Source: an uncultured Gemmatimonadales bacterium (GTDB lineage: Bacteria > Gemmatimonadota > Gemmatimonadetes > Gemmatimonadales > GWC2-71-9). Taken from it: DNA of 64,000 nt. Within the stretch, counting starts at the first letter, position 1. The number at the start of each line of letters is the position of its first letter. Below the pieces are notes generated by a model. It was not told the origin of the DNA. It searched no databases and was given only the letters and a program-made list of their open reading frames with translations. Position numbers and translations under genes: made by a program. Of this stretch, positions 29,063-38,554 are shown piece after piece. The DNA lies in NCBI GenBank assembly GCA_963828735.1, contig CAWHFW010000005.1:2496001-2560000 (forward strand). Direction: 5' to 3'.

Positions 29063-30733
29063 ATGTCCTCAGCCCCCAATCTCAATCATCCCACGGCGTC
29101 CCAGCATCGTGCCGTACTCGAGCGGGGACTCGATACTTCCAGTGGACTGGACTTCGTGAGCAAGCGTCTGGCGCTGCAGGGCAAGACGCTCTTCCTCGTG
29201 TCGTTCGGGTTCTACCTCTTCCTTCTCGCCAACATGGTGCTGGTCGGCGGCGCCCCGTTCGTTGCCGTGGTGCGGGGACCGGTCGCGCTCGGCCACCTCT
29301 GTGCCAGCTGGACGATGGGCCTGCTCTGGCTGCTGGCCAGCCGGCCCCGGCTCACGCGGCAGAGGCTGGGCGCTCTCGATGCCATCAGCATCGTCGCGGG
29401 CGGCGGGTTCCTGTCCCTCATGACGCTGCAGGACGAGGGGCAGATCCTTCAGACCCTGTTGGCCCTGATGGTCACCGTGATGGTCCGCGCGATCCTGGTG
29501 CCCTCCAGGCCCAGCCGGACGATGGTGCTCTCGGCCATCGCCTTCGTCCCCACCGTGGTCGTCTGCATTGTGCGCCATCACCCGACGCAGCTCCTGCCCG
29601 GATTCTCCCCGGGGTTTCAGAAGCTGCACATGACCTTGAACACCGTGCTCTGGAGCGTCCTGGGCACCACGCTGGCCACGATTGTCTCACGGGTCATCTA
29701 CGGACTGCGGCAGCAGGTCGCCGAAGCGAATGAGCTGGGACAGTACATCCTGGAGGAGCCGATCGGTGGCGGAGGTATGGGCGAGGTCTGGCGCGCCCGG
29801 CACCGCCTGCTGATCCGCCCGGCGGCGATCAAGCTCATCCGCCCGCAGGCACTGGGAGCGCTGGCCGGCGATTCCGAGCTGCTCATGCGGCGCTTCGAGC
29901 GCGAAGCGCGCGCCACCGCCGCGCTCAAGTCCCCGCATACCGTCCAGCTCTACGACTTCGGCGCCACCGAGGACGGCCGGTTGTACTACGTCATGGAGCT
30001 GCTCGACGGCCTCGATCTCGACACCCTGATCAGGCAGCACGGGCCGCTGCCTGCGGAGCGGGTCATCCACATCCTCCGCCAGGTCTGCTCCTCGCTCCAG
30101 GACGCGCATGGGAACGGCCTGGTGCACCGCGACATCAAGCCGGCGAACGTGGTCGTGAGTCGCGCGGGCACCACTTTCGATTTCGCCAAAGTGCTCGACT
30201 TCGGGCTGGTCAAGCTCGATACCGCGCGGCGGGCCGAGGACGATGCGGTCGCAAAGCTCAGCACCGAGGGCAGCACCAGCGGCACCCCGGCGTTCATGGC
30301 GCCGGAGGTCGTGCTCGGCGACGCCGTCACCGATCACCGGGTTGACCTGTACGCCCTGGGCTGCGTCGCGTACTGGCTGCTCACCGGCAAGATGGTCTTC
30401 GAGGGAGAGAACGCCATCCAGGTGATGCTCCATCACGCGCACACCGCGCCGCCGCGGCCGTCGCTCCGGGTGGAGTGGCCCATCCCGGCTCCGCTCGAGG
30501 ACCTGATCATGGGATGCCTGGAGAAGGACCCGGCTCGCCGACCGCCCAGCGCGGAGGCTGTGAGCACACGGCTCGACGCTGTCCCCCTGGCATCGGCCTG
30601 GACGGCCGAGCGAGCGGAGCACTGGTGGGCAACGCACCGGCCCCCGTCGCCGGACGCGCGCCCTGTGGCGGATGTTCTTCTGTCGCAAGAGGGCCGCGAG
30701 CTGCGCATCGGTCCCAGGGTGCGGCCCCGTTAA
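29063..30733 (+). CDS. Ser/Thr kinase with N-terminal multi-TM region
   Basis: About 6 hydrophobic helices, then GGGGMGEVW, HRDIKPAN, DFG, GTPAFMAPE. Confidence 0.9.
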   Translation: MSSAPNLNHPTASQHRAVLERGLDTSSGLDFVSKRLALQGKTLFLVSFGFYLFLLANMVLVGGAPFVAVVRGPVALGHLCASWTMGLLWLLASRPRLTRQRLGALDAISIVAGGGFLSLMTLQDEGQILQTLLALMVTVMVRAILVPSRPSRTMVLSAIAFVPTVVVCIVRHHPTQLLPGFSPGFQKLHMTLNTVLWSVLGTTLATIVSRVIYGLRQQVAEANELGQYILEEPIGGGGMGEVWRARHRLLIRPAAIKLIRPQALGALAGDSELLMRRFEREARATAALKSPHTVQLYDFGATEDGRLYYVMELLDGLDLDTLIRQHGPLPAERVIHILRQVCSSLQDAHGNGLVHRDIKPANVVVSRAGTTFDFAKVLDFGLVKLDTARRAEDDAVAKLSTEGSTSGTPAFMAPEVVLGDAVTDHRVDLYALGCVAYWLLTGKMVFEGENAIQVMLHHAHTAPPRPSLRVEWPIPAPLEDLIMGCLEKDPARRPPSAEAVSTRLDAVPLASAWTAERAEHWWATHRPPSPDARPVADVLLSQEGRELRIGPRVRPR

Positions 30734-30735
30734 GG

Positions 30736-31134
30736 CTACTTCAGGGTGTAGAGATAGGTGGCGATGTCCCGTGCCTTGCCGTAGGAGACGCCGAGATTGG
30801 GCATGGCGGTTCCGGGCTCGATCGACTGGGGCACCGCGATCCACTGGGTGAGGAAGTCGGGATTGTTGGGCACCTGGCCGGCGATGTACGCGCGCTTGGC
30901 AAAGTGAGTCAGTGGCGGGCCAACCAATCCGGTCGCCTGCCCCACCCCGGGAATGACATGACACGAGCCGCACCCATACGCGACGATCTGCTGCTTCCCA
31001 CGTTCCGCGCTTTCCCGGATTGCCGAGGCCCCGGGTTGTGGTTTCTGGCAGGCGACGAGGGGCGCGATCAGGACAGCTGTCGCCCGCGCGAGGGAGACGA
31101 GCCGTCCGCGACTCCATGGATCATCGCGGCGCAT
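30736..31134 (-). CDS. Cytochrome c class I (lipoprotein)
   Basis: CGSCH heme motif; GPPL; PGTAMP. Confidence 0.88.
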   Translation of the reverse strand: MRRDDPWSRGRLVSLARATAVLIAPLVACQKPQPGASAIRESAERGKQQIVAYGCGSCHVIPGVGQATGLVGPPLTHFAKRAYIAGQVPNNPDFLTQWIAVPQSIEPGTAMPNLGVSYGKARDIATYLYTLK

Positions 31135-31672
31135 CGTCGGCTCCCGGGGGAAGGTCGGCGGCTGTTCCGGTCAGCGCCGCAGCCGGAACCAGATCGACGT
31201 GGGTTCGATGGCCACCCGGCCAAGGCTCGCCTTGCACCTGGCTGATGACCCAGACGTACGCTGCCGCTGCCAGGCACTCGTCGGTGCTGAGATCCGACTT
31301 TCCTCCCCGGGCCGGCATGGCGATGGCCGAGCGCGTAATACGCTCGGGGATGCCGTAGACGATGATGGAATCGATCGCCTCGACATCGCTGGGCACGAAA
31401 TTCACGGCCAGGGTGAGTGCGGAGCCGGCATCGGGGAGGCCCTCAGCGTCCGCGCCGTGGCAGGCAAAGCAATGTCCCTTCCCGTGAAACACGCTGTCGC
31501 CGGCGCGCACGAGATCGAGCGTGACCCCGTGCGGCAGGGGAGGCACCTTGGTCGGCTGTCCATCCTCGTTGGTCCTGCTGAGCAAGAGCTCGAGCGAGTC
31601 GGGGCCCTGGGCCGCCGCGCCGACCGGCAGGCCAAGCGACAGGATCCACCCCGCGACAATGGCGCGCCTCAC
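31121..31672 (-). CDS. c-type cytochrome
   Basis: CFACHG; MPARGG; GTGA overlap with the PQQ dehydrogenase stop. Confidence 0.8.
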   Translation of the reverse strand: MRRAIVAGWILSLGLPVGAAAQGPDSLELLLSRTNEDGQPTKVPPLPHGVTLDLVRAGDSVFHGKGHCFACHGADAEGLPDAGSALTLAVNFVPSDVEAIDSIIVYGIPERITRSAIAMPARGGKSDLSTDECLAAAAYVWVISQVQGEPWPGGHRTHVDLVPAAALTGTAADLPPGADDAPR

Positions 31673-33399
31673 GGTTCGGCCTGCGCTGCTTGTTTCCGGG
31701 CACCCAAGGTCGTGAGCGCGAAGGCCAACACCTGGTCGCCGCGGGGCGCATTGATCTGATAGTTCCCGCCCGCTGCCACTGCCACGTATTGCTGTCCATC
31801 CACGGCATAGGAGATCGGCGGCGCGTTGACCCCGGCCGCCGCCCGGTAACTCCACAGTTCGCGGCCGCTCTTCGCGTCAAAGGCGACGAATCGCTGGTCC
31901 TTGGTTCCGGTGAAGACCACTCCGCCGGCGGTGGCGAGCGCCCCGCCGATCATTGGATCCTCGATTCGCTTCTGCCAGGCGATTCTTCCAGTGCTCAGCT
32001 CGACCGCGCTGAACAACCCGTACTGTTGCTCTCCCGTCCCGACGAAGATGCCACCGAGCCACATGGCAGGAGGCTGGAGGCGCTGGTGCTTGGTCTTGTA
32101 GTACATCGGTTGATGGAGGCCGAGCACGTACAGGTATCCCGTCTCCGGGCTGTAGGCGGGAGCCGACCATTCGGAGCCGCCGTTGGCGCCGGGAAGCATG
32201 CGGACGCCCGCTGCCGTGGGCTGGGCGAAGATGTTCTGCTGGGGCACGAACGCCTCGGAGCGGCGAATGGGGCGTCCGGTCGCACGCTCCAGCATATAGA
32301 CCCAACCGGTCTTGCCCGCCTGGACCACCGCGGGAACAGGCTTACCGTCGGGACCGGGAAGATCCGCCAGGACGACCGGGCTGGCCGGGTCGAGATCCCA
32401 GACGTCATGCGGCAGCTCCTGAAAGGACCATTTGAGCCTTCCGCTCGCCAGATCGAGCGCGACGATCGAGTTGGTATGGAGGTTGTCGCCCGGCCGAACG
32501 CTTCCGTCGAGATCGGGGGAGGCGTTTCCGACGGCGAAGATCACGAGCCCGAGGGTACGGTCGATCGCGGGCGCTTGCCACACCGCGCCTCCGCCCACTT
32601 TCCAGGTGTCGCCATAGCGGGCACTGTCCGCCCTCTCCCGGGCCAGATCGCGGTGCAGCGGGACGCCAAACGGATCGGTCTCGCTCCACTTGCCCCACCA
32701 CCCACCCTCCTCGGGGCTGGGAATGGTATAGAAGCGCCAGACCTCCGCGCCGGTTGCCGCGTCGTAGGCGGTCACCCGACCCCGGACGCCGTACTCGCCG
32801 CCACTCACGCCGACGATCACCTTGCCGTCGGCCGCAACCGGTGCCGCGTCCACCGTATAGCCCCGCTCGTTGTCGGCTACCCGCACGTCCCAGGCTTTGG
32901 CGCCGGTTCGGGCGTCGAGCGCCACGAGGCGAGCGTCGAGGGTCCCCATATAGACCCGGCCAGCGTAAACGGCGACCCCGCGGTTCACCGGCCCGCAACA
33001 GTGGACCGTGGTCCCCAGGCTCTCGGCATGCTCCCAGAGCTTGCGGCCAGTCTTCGCATCGAGCGCGACAACGTGATTGAGGGGCGTGGAGACATACATG
33101 ACGTTGTCGATGACGACGGGGCTGGCTTCAAACGCCTGGCGAATGCCGGTCGCGTAGTGCCAGGCCGGCTTCAAATCCTTGATGCTGGCGGGCGTGATCT
33201 GGGAAAGCGGGGAATACCGTTGGTTGCTATGGTCGCGGCCGTAGGAGGGCCAACTCGAGGTGTCGGCCATGGCTCGCCGCAGCGCGGCATCGGCGTCGGA
33301 CGGATGCTCGGCCGGTTTGACCCGACAGGTGATCAGCCCAATGGCCAGAAGTGGGATCGACCGGCACAGGCCACGAGTCAACCATCGTTGGGAGGCCAT
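31669..33399 (-). CDS. PQQ-dependent dehydrogenase (alcohol dehydrogenase type)
   Basis: CCGPVNRG vicinal disulfide, GVSGGEYG, HDVWDLD, beta-propeller W motifs. Confidence 0.92.
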   Translation of the reverse strand: MASQRWLTRGLCRSIPLLAIGLITCRVKPAEHPSDADAALRRAMADTSSWPSYGRDHSNQRYSPLSQITPASIKDLKPAWHYATGIRQAFEASPVVIDNVMYVSTPLNHVVALDAKTGRKLWEHAESLGTTVHCCGPVNRGVAVYAGRVYMGTLDARLVALDARTGAKAWDVRVADNERGYTVDAAPVAADGKVIVGVSGGEYGVRGRVTAYDAATGAEVWRFYTIPSPEEGGWWGKWSETDPFGVPLHRDLARERADSARYGDTWKVGGGAVWQAPAIDRTLGLVIFAVGNASPDLDGSVRPGDNLHTNSIVALDLASGRLKWSFQELPHDVWDLDPASPVVLADLPGPDGKPVPAVVQAGKTGWVYMLERATGRPIRRSEAFVPQQNIFAQPTAAGVRMLPGANGGSEWSAPAYSPETGYLYVLGLHQPMYYKTKHQRLQPPAMWLGGIFVGTGEQQYGLFSAVELSTGRIAWQKRIEDPMIGGALATAGGVVFTGTKDQRFVAFDAKSGRELWSYRAAAGVNAPPISYAVDGQQYVAVAAGGNYQINAPRGDQVLAFALTTLGARKQAAQAEP

Positions 33400-33533
33400 A
33401 CACTGGACTACATCTCATGTTCCGGCACCCCCGCGCCGTGATACCGCTCACGGGCCGGAGAATCGATACCCCAATAGGAGGTCAGCGTCTGGATGAGGTG
33501 AGAACACAAGACTGTCAGCGACGCGCTTGTTTG

Positions 33534-35111
33534 CTACGGACGTGCCGACCGATTCTCCCCTGCGAGCCATGCGAGGTCGACACGCTTGAACGCCAAGGGG
33601 GCGCGATGCACGGAGAGATACATGTCATCGGGCTCCCGAGGCAAGGCGGCACCTAGATAGAAGCGCAGCACGTTTCCCATCACGTTCACGATGGTCACGC
33701 TGTCTCCGAACACCTCGCTCCCATTGTCCGGCAGGTAGTAGGCTCCGAACGCGCCGAGGCGCTCTTCGGCAGCGGCGAGCGTGATGTTCTCGGGGCCTCG
33801 GTCCTTGTAAGGCAGCAGCGTCTTGCTGCCGTGATCGCCCTGCAGGAGGATGATCGGTGGAACCTCTGAGGTGCGAAGCAATGTCGTCACGAGGTCGAGC
33901 ACCATGTGATTAACGCACTGGACCTGCTCTACATACCGAGCTGAGTTGCGCTGCAGCCGGCTGCCACCCGCCGCCTCCTCGTGCGCCGGTCCGCAGTCTC
34001 GGTCGAAGACGTACGGACTGTGTGGACTCATCACATGCGCGAACGCGAATACGGGTCCGGGCATCCTGGGGACTTGGGCGATGGCGGCCAAGGTGCGCGC
34101 CACGTGACTACGTACAAGCCGACCCGTTTCCCAGTCGACGAATTTGAGCAGCGAGGTCTTGTTCACGACCTGTCGAAGACCCGAACCGGTCACCTCGCGC
34201 GCGGGATCCCATCCGTGCCACGCTCGAAACACAAAGTTCGCGCGTGGGTCGTCCTTGGTTGCCTCCCACGAGAGTGAGGGGAACAGCGCGTACTGGTAGC
34301 CCTGGGCCTTGAGGAAAGGCACCGTTCGGTTGTGCGTGACCAGATAGTCCGGGACGGTACGATCGACCGACCGCCTACCGAGTTCGCCCGAAAGCGCGGC
34401 GATGTGAGATGCGTTGAGCATCGACGGCAGCGACAGAAAGGTGTGGCAATAATTGCTGTGGACCGCTGGCACCACGAAGCCTAGCCGTCGCAAGGAATCC
34501 AAGAAGACGTGATTGTCGAACCCGAAGAGCCGTCCGGTGACCTCGGCGTTGGCGTACTCATCCAGGACGATCAGGTAGATGTCCCGCTTTGGGCCGACCT
34601 TCGTACCTGGCTGAATTCGGATTGGTTCCACCAGCCGCCGCACAACCGCGCTTTCCCGAACGGCGCGTGCGCTTCGATACTTGGCAACGCCGGTGGATAC
34701 CATGAGCCAGGCGACCAGCATCCCGCTGGTCAGCGTCAGAAACATTTCCGCTCGATCGAGCAGCGCCGGTCGGCGAACCAGCCACCAGATCATGCCTACC
34801 GTGGCCGCCACCCACAGCGGCAACAGCATTGGATGCGACCAGCCTGTCCTGCGCTCCACGAGTGGGGCGAGACGCACGTAGACCCAGAAGGCGAGCACAA
34901 CGCCCAGCAGAATCAGGGGTGGAAGTCGGTGGCCCCGACGGCGGGTCGCGAGCAAGGCAAGCCCGTACACCACTCCGCACGCGGCCAGAACTGCTGTCAC
35001 GACGACCGCCGCGTCGTCCACCTTCATCCACCCTGGGTTTTCTGCGACCAGGCGCACAACAGGGATGATGGCGAACAGAAAGGGATAGATGTGAGTGATT
35101 CGCCGGGCCAT
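33534..35111 (-). CDS. Membrane-anchored sulfatase/alkaline-phosphatase-superfamily protein
   Basis: N-terminal TMs; DIYLIVLDEY, SNY..T..S, PH.PY, QGDHG. Confidence 0.75.
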   Translation of the reverse strand: MARRITHIYPFLFAIIPVVRLVAENPGWMKVDDAAVVVTAVLAACGVVYGLALLATRRRGHRLPPLILLGVVLAFWVYVRLAPLVERRTGWSHPMLLPLWVAATVGMIWWLVRRPALLDRAEMFLTLTSGMLVAWLMVSTGVAKYRSARAVRESAVVRRLVEPIRIQPGTKVGPKRDIYLIVLDEYANAEVTGRLFGFDNHVFLDSLRRLGFVVPAVHSNYCHTFLSLPSMLNASHIAALSGELGRRSVDRTVPDYLVTHNRTVPFLKAQGYQYALFPSLSWEATKDDPRANFVFRAWHGWDPAREVTGSGLRQVVNKTSLLKFVDWETGRLVRSHVARTLAAIAQVPRMPGPVFAFAHVMSPHSPYVFDRDCGPAHEEAAGGSRLQRNSARYVEQVQCVNHMVLDLVTTLLRTSEVPPIILLQGDHGSKTLLPYKDRGPENITLAAAEERLGAFGAYYLPDNGSEVFGDSVTIVNVMGNVLRFYLGAALPREPDDMYLSVHRAPLAFKRVDLAWLAGENRSARP

Positions 35112-35326
35112 ATAATAACTATACCATTTTACGAGCCTGCTGGAGCCGCAAAGGCTCGATGGCCCAATTCATCCCATAGGGACACGGCGGGCAACTCATG
35201 AATCCGTACAGGCTCAAGCCGGGAAATGCAGCCGATCAAGCCCACAATGACGGGCGGTCGCTCTGTCTGCGGCCCTGGGCGCGTGGGTGCAAATGAGTAA
35301 TTCGCCTTCGGCCCGAACGACGCTCT

Positions 35327-35814
35327 CCTTGACGACTCTGCCGTTCGCCGCCTGAGTAGGCCGAGTGTTGTTGGGGTAGATCGCGCTGAAGGTGTGCAGC
35401 TCCGAGGGCGAGATTCCTTCCGGATCGCTCAGGACCAGCCACCGGACGCCTTCGGTACAGGGCGGGGTGGTCAGGGAGCCCTCGAACGCATAGTACCCCG
35501 TGTGCTTCGGCAGAAGATCGGCGGCGTTCACCTGCACATTGGCGACGCTCGCCTCCTGCCCAACCTGCTTCGGCAGATGATCCCACAGCGTCTGGATCAG
35601 TGGGTTGGCCTGACCCTGCTTCAGCAGCACCGCGACGACGGCCAGATGGCCTGCCGGGTCCTTGTGCACGAGATGCGCCACCATGTCGTACCCGTGCCCG
35701 TCGATGCGCTCTTCACTCGGATGGTGGAAATGGAACTGGACCAGCTGGTACTTCTGCTCGTCCACGGTGATGAAGCTGCCCGGTGCGTAGTCGACCTGGA
35801 TCGTGTGGCCGTTG
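35327..35814 (-). pseudogene. 5'-truncated duplicate of the alpha-carbonic anhydrase gene
   Basis: Near-identical to ~37746-38233; lacks the N-terminus. Confidence 0.85.
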
Positions 35815-36133
35815 ACCGCTTGTACTCAGCCGCGAGGCCGGACTCTTCGGCGAAGGCGAAAAGCGTTCCCACCTGGATGCCCGTGGCCCCGGCGTCGAGC
35901 GCCACACGAAGGCCGCCGGGGAGCCGGTGCCGCCGGCCAACCAGAACGGCAGCCCGAGATCGCGGACCGCCGCGAGGTCCACCATGTCACGTTCGCCGTA
36001 GATCGGCTCACCGCCCATTGAGCCGCAACGCCCCACGCGGCGGCGCGTTGTGGCCGCCCGCTGGGGGCCCCTCGATCACGAAGCCGTCGACCCGGCCGCT
36101 TGCCTTGCGCACGAGCATGGTGGCGAGGGAATT
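35815..36133 (-). pseudogene. Internal fragment duplicate of the nitronate monooxygenase gene
   Basis: Near-identical to ~39046-39367 with small indels; joined directly to the CA fragment. Confidence 0.85.
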
Positions 36134-36337
36134 TCCGCGGACGAACGTCATACACCAGCTCGCCCGCCCCATCCTCGCGAGTGCCTGCTCCACGAAGGTC
36201 CAGCGCTTCGCGTCCGCTTCGAGCAGCGCCTCCACCTCTCTTCTCCGGGCCGCGATGCTCCGGACTACGATCCGGAACCGATGCTGCGGCGTGGCGTCCG
36301 CGTCCGGAGCGACCGACGCTGAGGCGAGCGGCCCGGC

Positions 36338-37105
36338 CTATGGCCGAGCCGGCCGATGGCCCAGGAGGACCTCGACCTTCCCGTACATTGTGTTGACCGC
36401 TCCGGACAGCAACTCGAAGAAGTGGCGGCGCAGTGCCTCGCTCCGACTCGCCGTCTGCTGCCACCGTTGGGACAGGTCCGCGATCGCCTCACGACCCGAT
36501 TCGACGGCCCGAGTGGACCACTCGTTCACCCGATCCCCAGGGCTGGAAAGGACTCGCGCCGGCGAGCCAGTGGCCAAGGCCGAGGCCAGGTCGGGTTGGG
36601 CTTCGTCCAAGAGGGATTGGAGTCGGGCTTCCGCCAGGAACGGCGAGCCCGCGGGCACGAGGGACGTGAATCGCGACTCGGTCGCGGAGTCGAAGCGGAG
36701 GTGACGGTCCGGTAGAACGATGGTGCTCCCCAGTTCTCGCCATACTTCTCGTCCAGCGCCCTCGATGTACGCCAACCAAACCGCCCCATCCCGGTCCGTG
36801 AATTCCATCGATTCGGTGAGGGGATTCCCCCGCGGGAAGAACGGCGTCGGTGACGCGCTCGAGGCAGCTCCTCGGGCTTGGGACGGAGAACGACTTCTGC
36901 GGGGGGGCGCTTCTGGGGCTACGAAGCGTGCCGCCCGCAGATCCCGCGTGCACTCGGCGAGACGGTTGATCAGCTTGGCGACGTCCTTCTCCGTCTTCCT
37001 GTAGTTCCCTGCAGTGACGGACTCGTACTCGGGCTTCCTCTGATGTCGCTGCCTGCGGGCCGGCTTGGGCTCAGCCGGCTCCGGCGGTGCGTTGCTCTCA
37101 CTCAT
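36338..37105 (-). CDS. Hypothetical protein
   Basis: GGAGG RBS; contains FTDRDG..W....LRFDS..ESR module. Confidence 0.55.
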   Translation of the reverse strand: MSESNAPPEPAEPKPARRQRHQRKPEYESVTAGNYRKTEKDVAKLINRLAECTRDLRAARFVAPEAPPRRSRSPSQARGAASSASPTPFFPRGNPLTESMEFTDRDGAVWLAYIEGAGREVWRELGSTIVLPDRHLRFDSATESRFTSLVPAGSPFLAEARLQSLLDEAQPDLASALATGSPARVLSSPGDRVNEWSTRAVESGREAIADLSQRWQQTASRSEALRRHFFELLSGAVNTMYGKVEVLLGHRPARP

Positions 37106-37433
37106 TGTTCCGCCTCCTGTTGGAATTGCACACCACGCGGTATCGGCGGCCAGATCACGCCGGCCCGGCGCCACGAGACGATCCCGCACGCGCGGGACCT
37201 TTCGCTGGACCTGGGCTGTTGCCTGGGTAGCTTGTCTCGAGGAGGAGGGGCGCTCACCGACAGCGTTCTGGTGATCGAAACCTACGGCAGACTCAAGACC
37301 AAACGTCCCTTGGCCTAGGGAGCAAGATGATGGTGAGACGGAGGGTCAGATATTGGACCTTGGTACATGCAGCAGCTCGATTTCTCGAGCAGTGACAGCT
37401 CGGTCGTTTGCCCCACGCCCCTGCCAATTCTGC

Positions 37434-37455
37434 GGTTCGGGCCCAGGAGTGGCAA
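37434..37455 (+). repeat. Partial tRNA-Gln 3' end with uninterrupted T-loop
   Basis: GGTTCGGGCCCAGGAGTGGCAA, followed by a hairpin and a TGCCGTAA..CGCCGCAG flank like that of copy 8. Confidence 0.7.
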
Positions 37456-37734
37456 CTCGAAGGCCCGATGCTGCTTGATGGCATCGAGCCCGCGATCTTT
37501 TCTACCCGCCTGCCGTAATTTCGCCGCAGTTTCTCAACTACTATCCGCAGCCAAGCCGCTGAGTTCTCAGGCGCCTCCATCAGGCGTGGGTGTTGGTCAC
37601 CCGGGCATCGAGTCCGCGCTCTTTACGGGCAAGTGGATCGAGCCTAGGAGGCTAGAACGGTCGCGGAATGCGCGGCCGTTTCCTTTTTTGGCTTGGCGGG
37701 CCTGAGAATCGAGAGGCCGACGGCACCTGGAAAC

Positions 37735-38487
37735 CTACTCGCTCTCTTTGACGCTCCTGCCGTTCGCCGCCTGAGTCGGGCGAGCGTTGTGGGGGTAGAT
37801 CGCGCTGAAGGTGTGCAGCTCCGAGGGCGAGATTCCTTCCGGATCGTTCAGGACCAGCCACCGGACGCCTTCCGTACAGGGCGGGGTGGTCAGCGAGCCC
37901 TCGAACGCATAGTACCCGGTGTGCTTCGGCAGAAGATCGGCGGCGTTCACCTGCACGTTGGCGACGCTCGCCTCCTGCCCGACCTGCTTCGGCAGATGGT
38001 CCCACAGCGTCTGGATCAGTGGGTTGGCCTGACCCTGCTTCAGCAGCACCGCGACGACGGCCAGATGGCCTGCCGGGTCCTTGTGCACGAGATGCGCCAC
38101 CATGTCGTACCCGTGCCCGCCGATGCGCTCTTCACTCGGATGGTGGAAATGGAACTGGACGAGCTGGTACTTCTGCTCGTCGACGGTGATGAAGCTGCCC
38201 GGTGCGTAGTCGACCTGGATCGTGTGGCCGTTGTTGATGAGCTTGAGCGGAACGGGATGATAGTCGAAGCTGAGCTTCGGCAGATTGGCGCGTTCGGGAT
38301 TGCGAATGTCGATCGGGGATTGATGTGTACCGGTCTTGCAGGCCGAGTACTCGGGCTCGAGATCGCCCCAGTGTTGAGGCCCGGAGCTTCCCTCGTAACT
38401 CCAGTGCGGGGCTGACCCAGCGTGCTCCTGGCCGTACAGCAGGGCCGGCAACAGACTCACCAACGCGAGGGTCAAGAACTGTTTCAT
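37735..38487 (-). CDS. cah: Alpha-carbonic anhydrase, periplasmic
   Basis: HWSYEG, QSPIDI, QFHFH, EGSLTTPPCTE; signal peptide. Confidence 0.95.
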   Translation of the reverse strand: MKQFLTLALVSLLPALLYGQEHAGSAPHWSYEGSSGPQHWGDLEPEYSACKTGTHQSPIDIRNPERANLPKLSFDYHPVPLKLINNGHTIQVDYAPGSFITVDEQKYQLVQFHFHHPSEERIGGHGYDMVAHLVHKDPAGHLAVVAVLLKQGQANPLIQTLWDHLPKQVGQEASVANVQVNAADLLPKHTGYYAFEGSLTTPPCTEGVRWLVLNDPEGISPSELHTFSAIYPHNARPTQAANGRSVKESE

Positions 38488-38554
38488 GAACGGCTCCAGC
38501 GAGATGTGCTCCCAAGCTAACTGGATCACATCCTCCGAGTGGGTGCCAAGGACA

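Noticed and set aside
31690..33441. Long antisense ORFs opposite real genes (also 40779-42050, 29687-31117 and others)
   Set aside because: Shadow ORFs expected from high-GC codon usage; no motifs or RBS.
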